DNA of 64,000 bases from contig OZ059894.1 in NCBI GenBank assembly GCA_964057225.1, positions 21,452,001-21,516,000 on the forward strand, written 5' to 3'. The notes under the pieces are model-generated. The model had not been told where the DNA came from. It was given only the letters and a program-made list of their open reading frames with translations, and searched no databases. Of the stretch, positions 29,811 to 42,400 are shown piece after piece (the first letter of the stretch is position 1; every line of letters begins with the position of its first letter). The DNA comes from Auanema rhodensis. Taxonomy: Eukaryota > Animalia > Nematoda. The translations under genes were made by a program, and so were the position numbers.

Positions 29811-32800
29811 ATTTAGCCAAAAGTAGATGTTTTTAGATTCCTTTTTTCAAGGCAAAGACGATGGACAATGTTATTCAACGAAAAAATTAATTCTTCATGG
29901 TGAAAATCGAGGATATAAGTGTGAACTTATATCAGTTGATATCTCGGTGCATTTTTAAGCTAGCGCAAATCTGATAACACAGAACGACGCAGCTTAAAAA
30001 TCCGCATCGAATGCACTATACTACATTGAGAAACGCTTAATACAAAAATTAGTTATGATCGTTTGAAAAATGATGCATTAGTGTATGTTGAGTTTCCATG
30101 TACACTCAACATTGCTTCCAAAAACATTTTGACAAAAATTTTTTCGAGAAATTTCAAAATAATTTAGCAAAAAGTAGATGTTTTTAGATTCCTTTTTTCA
30201 AGGCAAAGACGATGGACAATGTTATTCAACGAAAAAATTAATTCTTCAGGGTGAAAATCGAGGATATAAGTGTGAACTTATATCAGTTGATATCTCGGTG
30301 CATTTTTAAGCTAGCGCAAATCTGATAACACAGAACGACGCAGCTTAAAAATCCGCATCGAATGCACTATACTACATTGAGAAACGCTTAATACAAAAAC
30401 TAGTTATGATCGTTTGAAAAATGATGCATTAGTGTATGTTGAGTTTCCATGTACACTCAACATTGCTTCCAAAAACATTTTGACAAAAATTTTTTCGAGA
30501 AATTTCAAAATAATTTAGCAAAAAGTAGATGTTTTTAGATTCCTTTTTTCAAGGCAAAGACGATGGACAATGTTATTCAACGAAAAAATTAATTCTTCAG
30601 GGTGAAAATCGAGGATATAAGTGTGAACTTATATCAGTTGATATCTCGGTGCATTTTTAAGCTAGCGCAAATCTGATAACACAGATCGACGCAGCTTAAA
30701 AATCCGCATCGAATGCACTATACTACATTGAGAAACGCTTAATACAAAAATTAGTTATGATCGTTTGAAAAATGATGCATTAGTGTATGTTGAGTTTCCA
30801 TGTACACTCAACATTGCTTCCAAAAACATTTTGACAAAAATTTTTTCGAAAAATTTCAAAATAATTTAGCAAAAAGTAGATGTTTTTAGATTCCTTTTTT
30901 CAAGGCAAAGACGATGGACAATGTTATTCAACGAAAAAATTAATTCTTCAGGGTGAAAATCGAGGATATAAGTGTGAACTTATATCAGTTGATATCTCGG
31001 TGCATTTTTAAGTTAGCGCAAATCTGATAACACAGAACGACGCAGCTTAAAAATCCGCATCGAATGCACTATACTACATTGAGAAACGCTTAATACAAAA
31101 ATTAGTTATGATCGTTTGAAAAATGATGCATTAGTGTATGTTGAGTTTCCATGTACACTCAACATTGCTTCCAAAAACATTTTGACAAAAATTTTTTCGA
31201 GAAATTTCAAAATAATTTAGCAAAAAGTAGATGTTTTTAGATTCCTTTTTTCAAGGCAAAGACGATGGACAATGTTATTCAACGAAAAAATTAATTCTTC
31301 AGGGTGAAAATCGAGGATATAAGTGTGAACTTATATCAGTTGATATCTCGGTGCATTTTTAAGCTAGCGCAAATCTGATAACACAGATCGACGCAGCTTA
31401 AAAATCCGCATCGAATGCACTATACTACATTGAAAATCGCTTAATACAAAAATTAGTTATGATCGTTTGAAAAATGATGCATTAGTGTATGTTGAGTTTC
31501 CATGTACACTCAACATTGCTTCCAAAAACATTTTGACAAAAATTTTTTCGAAAAATTTCAAAATAATTTAGCAAAAAGTAGATGTTTTTAGATTCCTTTT
31601 TTCAAGGCAAAGACGATGGACAATGTTATTCAACGAAAAAATTAATTCTTCAGGGTGAAAATCGAGGATATAAGTGTGAACTTATATCAGTTGATATCTC
31701 GGTGCATTTTTAAGCTAGCGCAAATCTGATAACACAGATCGACGCAGCTTAAAAATCCGCATCGAATGCACTATACTACATTGAGAAACGCTCAATACAA
31801 AAATTAGTTATGATCGTTTGAAAAATGATGCATTAGTGTATGTTGAGTTTCCATGTACACTCAACATTGCTTCCAAAAACATTTTGACAAAAATTTTTTC
31901 GAGAAATTTCAAAATAATTTAGCAAAAAGTAGATGTTTTTAGATTCCTTTTTTCAAGGCAAAGACGATGGACAATGTTATTCAACGAAAAAATTAATTCT
32001 TCAGGGTGAAAATCGAGGATATAAGTGTGAACTTATATCAGTTGATATCTCGGTGCATTTTTAAGCTATCGCAAATCTGATAACACAGAACGACGCAGCT
32101 TAAAAATTCGCATCGAATGCACTATACTACATTGAAAAACGCTTAATACAAAAATTAGTTATGATCGTTTGAAAAATGATGCATTAGTGTATGTTGAGTT
32201 TCCATGTACACTCAACATTGCTTCCAAAAACATTTTGACAAAAATTTTTTCGAGAAATTTCAAAATAATTTAGCAAAAAGTAGATGTTTTTAGATTCCTT
32301 TTTTCAAGGCAAAGACGATGGACAATGTTATTCAACGAAAAAATTAATTCTTCAGGGTGAAAATCGAGGATATAAGTGTGAACTTATATCAGTTGATGTC
32401 TCGGTGCATTTTTAAGCTAGCGCAAATCTGATAACACAGATCGACGCAGCTTAAAAATCCGCATCGAATGCACTATACTACATTGAGAAACGCTTAATAC
32501 AAAAATTAGTTATGATCGTTTGAAAAATGATGCATTAGTGTATGTTGAGTTTCCATGTACACTCAACATTGCTTCCAAAAACATTTTGACAAAAATTTTT
32601 TCGAAAAATTTCAAAATAATTTAGCAAAAAGTAGATGTTTTTAGATTCCTTTTTTCAAGGCAAAGACGATGGACAATGTTATTCAACGAAAAAATTAATT
32701 CTTCAGGGTGAAAATCGAGGATATAAGTGTGAACTTATATCAGTTGATATCTCGGTGCATTTTTAAGCTAGCGCAAATCTGATAACACAGAACGACGCAG

Positions 32801-35800
32801 CTTAAAAATCCGCATCGAATGCACTATACTACATTGAGAAACGCTTAATACAAAAATTAGTTATGATCGTTTGAAAAATGATGCATTAGTGTATGTTGAG
32901 TTTCCATGTACACTCAACATTGCTTCCAAAAACATTTTGACAAAAATTTTTTCGAGAAATTTCAAAATAATTTAGCAAAAAGTAGATGTTTTTAGATTCC
33001 TTTTTTCAAGGCAAAGACGATGGACAATGTTATTCAACGAAAAAATTAATTCTTCAGGGTGAAAATCGAGGATATAAGTGTGAACTTATATCAGTTGATA
33101 TCTCGGTGCATTTTTAAGCTAGCGCAAATCTGATAACACAGAACGACGCAGCTTAAAAATCCGCATCGAATGCACTATACTACATTGAGAAACGCTTAAT
33201 ACAAAAATTAGTTATGATCGTTTGAAAAATGATGCATTAGTGTATGTTGAGTTTCCATGTACACTCAACATTGCTTCCAAAAACATTTTGACAAAAATTT
33301 TTTCGAGAAATTTCAAAATAATTTAGCAAAAAGTAGATGTTTTTAGATTCCTTTTTTCAAGGCAAAGACGATGGACAATGTTATTCAACGAAAAAATTAA
33401 TTCTTCAGGGTGAAAATCGAGGATATAAGTGTGAACTTATATCAGTTGATATCTCGGTGCATTTTCAAGCTAGCGCAAATCTGATAACACAGATCGACGC
33501 AGCTTAAAAATCCGCATCGAATGCACTATACTACATTGAGAAACGCTTAATACAAAAATTAGTTATGATCGTTTGAAAAATGATGCATTAGTGTATGTTG
33601 AGTTTCCATGTACACTCAACATTGCTTCCAAAAACATTTTGACAAAAATTTTTTCGAAAAATTTCAAAATAATTTAGCAAAAAGTAGATGTTTTTAGATT
33701 CCTTTTTTCAAGGCAAAGACGATGGACAATGTTATTCAACGAAAAAATTAATTCTTCAGGGTGAAAATCGAGGATATAAGTGTGAACTTATATCAGTTGA
33801 TATCTCGGTGCATTTTTAAGTTAGCGCAAATCTGATAACACAGAACGACGCAGCTTCAAAATCCGCATCGAATGCACTATACTACATTGAGAAACGCTTA
33901 ATACAAAAATTAGTTATGATCGTTTGAAAAATGATGCATTAGTGTATGTTGAGTTTCCATGTACACTCAACATTGCTTCCAAAAACATTTTGACAAAAAT
34001 TTTTTCGAGAAATTTCAAAATAATTTAGCAAAAAGTATATGTTTTTAGATTCCTTTTTTCAAGGCAAAGACGATGGACAATGTTATTCAACGAAAAAATT
34101 AATTCTTCAGGGTGAAAATCGAGGATATAAGTGTGAACTTATATCAGTTGATATCTCGGTGCATTTTTAAGCTAGCGCAAATCTGATAACACAGATCGAC
34201 GCAGCTTAAAAATCCGCATCGAATGCACTATACTACATTGAGAAACGCTTAATACAAAAATTAGTTATGATCGTTTGAAAAATGATGCATTAGTGTATGT
34301 TGAGTTTCCATGTACACTCAACATTGCTTCCAAAAACATTTTGACAAAAATTTTTTCGAAAAATTTCAAAATAATTTAGCAAAAAGTAGATGTTTTTAGA
34401 TTCCTTTTTTCAAGGCAAAGACGATGGACAATGTTATTCAACGAAAAAATTAATTCTTCAGGGTGAAAATCGAGGATATAAGTGTGAACTTATATCAGTT
34501 GATATCTCGGTGCATTTTTAAGCTAGCGCAAATCTGATAACACAGATCGACGCAGCTTAAAAATCCGCATCGAATGCACTATACTACATTGAGAAACGCT
34601 TAATACAAAAATTAGTTATGATCGTTTGAAAAATGATGCATTAGTGTATGTTGAGTTTCCATGTACACTCAACATTGCTTCCAAAAACATTTTGACAAAA
34701 ATTTTTTCGAAAAATTTCAAAATAATTTAGCAAAAAGTAGATGTTTTTAGATTCCTTTTTTCAAGGCAAAGACGATGGACAATGTTATTCAACGAAAAAA
34801 TTAATTCTTCAGGGTGAAAATCGAGGATATAAGTGTGAACTTATATCAGTTGATATCTCGGTGCATTTTTAAGCTAGCGCAAATCTGATAACACAGATCG
34901 ACGCAGCTTAAAAATCCGCATCGAATGCACTATACTACATTGAGAAACGCTTAATACAAAAATTAGTTATGATCGTTTGAAAAATGATGCATTAGTGTAT
35001 GTTGAGTTTCCATGTACACTCAACATTGCTTCCAAAAACATTTTGACAAAAATTTTTTCGAAAAATTTCAAAATAATTTAGCAAAAAGTAGATGTTTTTA
35101 GATTCCTTTTTTCAAGGCAAAGACGATGGACAATGTTATTCAACGAAAAAATTAATTCTTCAGGGTGAAAATCGAGGATATAAGTGTGAACTTATATCAG
35201 TTGATATCTCGGTGCATTTTTAAGCTAGCGCAAATCTGATAACACAGATCGACGCAGCTTAAAAATCCGCATCGAATGCACTATACTACATTGAGAAACG
35301 CTTAATACAAAAATTAGTTATGATCGTTTGAAAAATGATGCATTAGTGTATGTTGAGTTTCCATGTACACTCAACATTGCTTCCAAAAACATTTTGACAA
35401 AAATTTTTTCGAAAAATTTCAAAATAATTTAGCAAAAAGTAGATGTTTTTAGATTCCTTTTTTCAAGGCAAAGACGATGGACAATGTTATTCAACGAAAA
35501 AATTAATTCTTCAGGGTGAAAATCGAGGATATAAGTGTGAACTTATATCAGTTGATATCTCGGTGCATTTTTAAGTTAGCGCAAATCTGATAACACAGAA
35601 CGACGCAGCTTCAAAATCCGCATCGAATGCACTATACTACATTGAGAAACGCTTAATACAAAAATTAGTTATGATCGTTTGAAAAATGATGCATTAGTGT
35701 ATGTTGAGTTTCCATGTACACTCAACATTGCTTCCAAAAACATTTTGACAAAAATTTTTTCGAGAAATTTCAAAATAATTTAGCAAAAAGTAGATGTTTT

Positions 35801-36229
35801 TAGATTCCTTTTTTCAAGGCAAAGACGATGGACAATGTTATTCAACGAAAAAATTAATTCTTCAGGGTGAAAATCGAGGATATAAGTGTGAACTTATATC
35901 AGTTGATATCTCGGTGCATTTTTAAGCTAGCGCAAATCTGATAACACAGATCGACGCAGCTTAAAAATCCGCATCGAATGCACTATACTACATTGAGAAA
36001 CGCTTAATACAAAAATTAGTTATGATCGTTTGAAAAATGATGCATTAGTGTATGTTGAGTTTCCATGTACACTCAACATTGCTTCCAAAAACATTTTGAC
36101 AAAAATTTTTTCGAAAAATTTCAAAATAATTTAGCAAAAAGTAGATGTTTTTAGATTCCTTTTTTCAAGGCAAAGACGATGGACAATGTTATTCAACGAA
36201 AAAATTAATTCTTCAGGGTGAAAATCGAG

Positions 36230-36251
36230 GATATAAGTGTGAACTTATATC
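36230..36251 (+). other. Perfect 9-bp stem-loop with GTGA tetraloop (monomer positions 116-137)
   Basis: GATATAAGT-GTGA-ACTTATATC. Confidence 0.9.
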
Positions 36252-36261
36252 AGTTGATATC

Positions 36262-36328
36262 TCGGTGCATTTTTAAGCTAGCGCAAATCTGATAACACAG
36301 ATCGACGCAGCTTAAAAATCCGCATCGA
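36262..36328 (+). other. 67-nt imperfect inverted repeat / long hairpin (monomer positions 148-214, every intact unit)
   Basis: TCGGTGC-ATTTTTAAGCT-a-GCG-caa-ATCTG-ataaca-CAGAT-cga-CGC-AGCTTAAAAAT-cc-GCATCGA. The 11-bp arms are perfectly complementary and the outer 7 bp include one G:T pair. Confidence 0.85.
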
Positions 36329-36402
36329 ATGCACTATACTACATTGAGAAACGCTTAATACAAAAATTAGTTATGATCGTTTGAAAAATGATGCATTAGT
36401 GT

Positions 36403-36430
36403 ATGTTGAGTTTCCATGTACACTCAACAT
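36403..36430 (+). other. Perfect 9-bp inverted repeat with 10-nt spacer (monomer positions 289-316)
   Basis: ATGTTGAGT-TTCCATGTAC-ACTCAACAT. Confidence 0.9.
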
Positions 36431-36443
36431 TGCTTCCAAAAAC

Positions 36444-36478
36444 ATTTTGACAAAAATTTTTTCGAAAAATTTCAAAAT
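36444..36478. other. A/T-tract imperfect inverted repeat with a 12-bp perfect palindrome core (monomer position 330 to position 13 of the next unit)
   Basis: ATTTTGA-caa-AAATTTTTTCGAAAAATT-TCAAAAT, with core TTTTTCGAAAAA. Confidence 0.75.
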
Positions 36479-39400
36479 AATTTAGCAAAAAGTAGATGTT
36501 TTTAGATTCCTTTTTTCAAGGCAAAGACGATGGACAATGTTATTCAACGAAAAAATTAATTCTTCAGGGTGAAAATCGAGGATATAAGTGTGAACTTATA
36601 TCAGTTGATATCTCGGTGCATTTTTAAGCTAGCGCAAATCTGATAACACAGATCGACGCAGCTTAAAAATCCGCATCGAATGCACTATACTACATTGAGA
36701 AACGCTTAATACAAAAATTAGTTATGATCGTTTGAAAAATGATGCATTAGTGTATGTTGAGTTTCCATGTACACTCAACATTGCTTCCAAAAACATTTTG
36801 ACAAAAATTTTTTCGAAAAATTTCAAAATAATTTAGCAAAAAGTAGATGTTTTTAGATTCCTTTTTTCAAGGCAAAGACGATGGACAATGTTATTCAACG
36901 AAAAAATTAATTCTTCAGGGTGAAAATCGAGGATATAAGTGTGAACTTATATCAGTTGATATCTCGGTGCATTTTTAAGCTAGCGCAAATCTGATAACAC
37001 AGATCGACGCAGCTTAAAAATCCGCATCGAATGCACTATACTACATTGAGAAACGCTTAATACAAAAATTAGTTATGATCGTTTGAAAAATGATGCATTA
37101 GTGTATGTTGAGTTTCCATGTACACTCAACATTGCTTCCAAAAACATTTTGACAAAAATTTTTTCGAAAAATTTCAAAATAATTTAGCAAAAAGTAGATG
37201 TTTTTAGATTCCTTTTTTCAAGGCAAAGACGATGGACAATGTTATTCAACGAAAAAATTAATTCTTCAGGGTGAAAATCGAGGATATAAGTGTGAACTTA
37301 TATCAGTTGATATCTCGGTGCATTTTTAAGCTAGCGCAAATCTGATAACACAGATCGACGCAGCTTAAAAATCCGCATCGAATGCACTATACTACATTGA
37401 GAAACGCTTAATACAAAAATTAGTTATGATCGTTTGAAAAATGATGCATTAGTGTATGTTGAGTTTCCATGTACACTCAACATTGCTTCCAAAAACATTT
37501 TGACAAAAATTTTTTCGAAAAATTTCAAAATAATTTAGCAAAAAGTAGATGTTTTTAGATTCCTTTTTTCAAGGCAAAGACGATGGACAATGTTATTCAA
37601 CGAAAAAATTAATTCTTCAGGGTGAAAATCGAGGATATAAGTGTGAACTTATATCAGTTGATATCTCGGTGCATTTTTAAGCTAGCGCAAATCTGATAAC
37701 ACAGATCGACGCAGCTTAAAAATCCGCATCGAATGCACTATACTACATTGAGAAACGCTTAATACAAAAATTAGTTATGATCGTTTGAAAAATGATGCAT
37801 TAGTGTATGTTGAGTTTCCATGTACACTCAACATTGCTTCCAAAAACATTTTGACAAAAATTTTTTCGAAAAATTTCAAAATAATTTAGCAAAAAGTAGA
37901 TGTTTTTAGATTCCTTTTTTCAAGGCAAAGACGATGGACAATGTTATTCAACGAAAAAATTAATTCTTCAGGGTGAAAATCGAGGATATAAGTGTGAACT
38001 TATATCAGTTGATATCTCGGTGCATTTTTAAGTTAGCGCAAATCTGATAACACAGAACGACGCAGCTTCAAAATCCGCATCGAATGCACTATACTACATT
38101 GAGAAACGCTTAATACAAAAATTAGTTATGATCGTTTGAAAAATGATGCATTAGTGTATGTTGAGTTTCCATGTACACTCAACATTGCTTCCAAAAACAT
38201 TTTGACAAAAATTTTTTCGAGAAATTTCAAAATAATTTAGCAAAAAGTAGATGTTTTTAGATTCCTTTTTTCAAGGCAAAGACGATGGACAATGTTATTC
38301 AACGAAAAAATTAATTCTTCAGGGTGAAAATCGAGGATATAAGTGTGAACTTATATCAGTTGATATCTCGGTGCATTTTTAAGCTAGCGCAAATCTGATA
38401 ACACAGATCGACGCAGCTTAAAAATCCGCATCGAATGCACTTTACTACATTGAGAAACGCTTAATACAAAAATTAGTTATGATCGTTTGAAAAATGATGC
38501 ATTAGTGTATGTTGAGTTTCCATGTACACTCAACATTGCTTCCAAAAACATTTTGACAAAAATTTTTTCGAAAAATTTCAAAATAATTTAGCAAAAAGTA
38601 GATGTTTTTAGATTCCTTTTTTCAAGGCAAAGACGATGGACAATGTTATTCAACGAAAAAATTAATTCTTCAGGGTGAAAATCGAGGATATAAGTGTGAA
38701 CTTATATCAGTTGATATCTCGGTGCATTTTTAAGCTAGCGCAAATCTGATAACACAGATCGACGCAGCTTAAAAATCCGCATCGAATGCACTATACTACA
38801 TTGAGAAACGCTTAATACAAAAATTAGTTATGATCGTTTGAAAAATGATGCATTAGTGTATGTTGAGTTTCCATGTACACTCAACATTGCTTCCAAAAAC
38901 ATTTTGACAAAAATTTTTTCGAAAAATTTCAAAATAATTTAGCAAAAAGTAGATGTTTTTAGATTCCTTTTTTCAAGGCAAAGACGATGGACAATGTTAT
39001 TCAACGAAAAAATTAATTCTTCAGGGTGAAAATCGAGGATATAAGTGTGAACTTATATCAGTTGATATCTCGGTGCATTTTTAAGCTAGCGCAAATCTGA
39101 TAACACAGATCGACGCAGCTTAAAAATCCGCATCGAATGCACTATACTACATTGAGAAACGCTTAATACAAAAATTAGTTATGATCGTTTGAAAAATGAT
39201 GCATTAGTGTATGTTGAGTTTCCATGTACACTCAACATTGCTTCCAAAAACATTTTGACAAAAATTTTTTCGAAAAATTTCAAAATAATTTAGCAAAAAG
39301 TAGATGTTTTTAGATTCCTTTTTTCAAGGCAAAGACGATGGACAATGTTATTCAACGAAAAAATTAATTCTTCAGGGTGAAAATCGAGGATATAAGTGTG

Positions 39401-42400
39401 AACTTATATCAGTTGATATCTCGGTGCATTTTTAAGTTAGCGCAAATCTGATAACACAGAACGACGCAGCTTCAAAATCCGCATCGAATGCACTATACTA
39501 CATTGAGAAACGCTTAATACAAAAATTAGTTATGATCGTTTGAAAAATGATGCATTAGTGTATGTTGAGTTTCCATGTACACTCAACATTGCTTCCAAAA
39601 ACATTTTGACAAAAATTTTTTCGAGAAATTTCAAAATAATTTAGCAAAAAGTAGATGTTTTTAGATTCCTTTTTTCAAGGCAAAGACGATGGACAATGTT
39701 ATTCAACGAAAAAATTAATTCTTCAGGGTGAAAATCGAGGATATAAGTGTGAACTTATATCAGTTGATATCTCGGTGCATTTTTAAGCTAGCGCAAATCT
39801 GATAACACAGATCGACGCAGCTTAAAAATCCGCATCGAATGCACTATACTACATTGAGAAACGCTTAATACAAAAATTAGTTATGATCGTTTGAAAAATG
39901 ATGCATTAGTGTATGTTGAGTTTCCATGTACACTCAACATTGCTTCCAAAAACATTTTGACAAAAATTTTTTCGAAAAATTTCAAAATAATTTAGCAAAA
40001 AGTAGATGTTTTTAGATTCCTTTTTTCAAGGCAAAGACGATGGACAATGTTATTCAACGAAAAAATTAATTCTTCAGGGTGAAAATCGAGGATATAAGTG
40101 TGAACTTATATCAGTTGATATCTCGGTGCATTTTTAAGCTAGCGCAAATCTGATAACACAGATCGACGCAGCTTAAAAATCCGCATCGAATGCACTATAC
40201 TACATTGAGAAACGCTCAATACAAAAATTAGTTATGATCGTTTGAAAAATGATGCATTAGTGTATGTTGAGTTTCCATGTACACTCAACATTGCTTCCAA
40301 AAACATTTTGACAAAAATTTTTTCGAGAAATTTCAAAATAATTTAGCAAAAAGTAGATGTTTTTAGATTCCTTTTTTCAAGGCAAAGACGATGGACAATG
40401 TTATTCAACGAAAAAATTAATTCTTCAGGGTGAAAATCGAGGATATAAGTGTGAACTTATATCAGTTGATATCTCGGTGCATTTTTAAGCTAGCGCAAAT
40501 CTGATAACACAGAACGACGCAGCTTAAAAATTCGCATCGAATGCACTATACTACATTGAAAAACGCTTAATACAAAAATTAGTTATGATCGTTTGAAAAA
40601 TGATGCATTAGTGTATGTTGAGTTTCCATGTACACTCAACATTGCTTCCAAAAACATTTTGACAAAAATTTTTTCGAGAAATTTCAAAATAATTTAGCAA
40701 AAAGTAGATGTTTTTAGATTCCTTTTTTCAAGGCAAAGACGATGGACAATGTTATTCAACGAAAAAATTAATTCTTCAGGGTGAAAATCGAGGATATAAG
40801 TGTGAACTTATATCAGTTGATATCTCGGTGCATTTTTAAGCTAGCGCAAATCTGATAACACAGAACGACGCAGCTTAAAAATTCGCATCGAATGCACTAT
40901 ACTACATTGAAAAACGCTTAATACAAAAATTAGTTATGATCGTTTGAAAAATGATGCATTAGTGTATGTTGAGTTTCCATGTACACTCAACATTGCTTCC
41001 AAAAACATTTTGACAAAAATTTTTTCGAGAAATTTCAAAATAATTTAGCAAAAAGTAGATGTTTTTAGATTCCTTTTTTCAAGGCAAAGACGATGGACAA
41101 TGTTATTCAACGAAAAAATTAATTCTTCAGGGTGAAAATCGAGGATATAAGTGTGAACTTATATCAGTTGATATCTCGGTGCATTTTTAAGCTAGCGCAA
41201 ATCTGATAACACAGATCGACGCAGCTTAAAAATCCGCATCGAATGCACTATACTACATTGAGAAACGCTTAATACAAAAATTAGTTATGATCGTTTGAAA
41301 AATGATGCATTAGTGTATGTTGAGTTTCCATGTACACTCAACATTGCTTCCAAAAACATTTTGACAAAAATTTTTTCGAAAAATTTCAAAATAATTTAGC
41401 AAAAAGTAGATGTTTTTAGATTCCTTTTTTCAAGGCAAAGACGATGGACAATGTTATTCAACGAAAAAATTAATTCTTCAGGGTGAAAATCGAGGATATA
41501 AGTGTGAACTTATATCAGTTGATATCTCGGTGCATTTTTAAGCTAGCGCAAATCTGATAACACAGAACGACGCAGCTTAAAAATCCGCATCGAATGCACT
41601 ATACTACATTGAGAAACGCTTAATACAAAAATTAGTTATGATCGTTTGAAAAATGATGCATTAGTGTATGTTGAGTTTCCATGTACACTCAACATTGCTT
41701 CCAAAAACATTTTGACAAAAATTTTTTCGAAAAATTTCAAAATAATTTAGCAAAAAGTAGATGTTTTTAGATTCCTTTTTTCAAGGCAAAGACGATGGAC
41801 AATGTTATTCAACGAAAAAATTAATTCTTCAGGGTGAAAATCGAGGATATAAGTGTGAACTTATATCAGTTGATATCTCGGTGCATTTTTAAGCTAGCGC
41901 AAATCTGATAACACAGATCGACGCAGCTTAAAAATCCGCATCGAATGCACTATACTACATTGAGAAACGCTTAATACAAAAATTAGTTATGATCGTTTGA
42001 AAAATGATGCATTAGTGTATGTTGAGTTTCCATGTACACTCAACATTGCTTCCAAAAACATTTTGACAAAAATTTTTTCGAAAAATTTCAAAATAATTTA
42101 GCAAAAAGTAGATGTTTTTAGATTCCTTTTTTCAAGGCAAAGACGATGGACAATGTTATTCAACGAAAAAATTAATTCTTCAGGGTGAAAATCGAGGATA
42201 TAAGTGTGAACTTATATCAGTTGATATCTCGGTGCATTTTTAAGCTAGCGCAAATCTGATAACACAGAACGACGCAGCTTAAAAATCCGCATCGAATGCA
42301 CTATACTACATTGAGAAACGCTTAATACAAAAATTAGTTATGATCGTTTGAAAAATGATGCATTAGTGTATGTTGAGTTTCCATGTACACTCAACATTGC

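Larger units (their letters stand above)
36115..36465 (+). repeat. Representative consensus 351-bp monomer
   Basis: Carries none of the diagnostic variants and appears identical to its downstream neighbours to ~38030. Hand count gives 110/351 G+C and 12 CpG. Confidence 0.95.
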
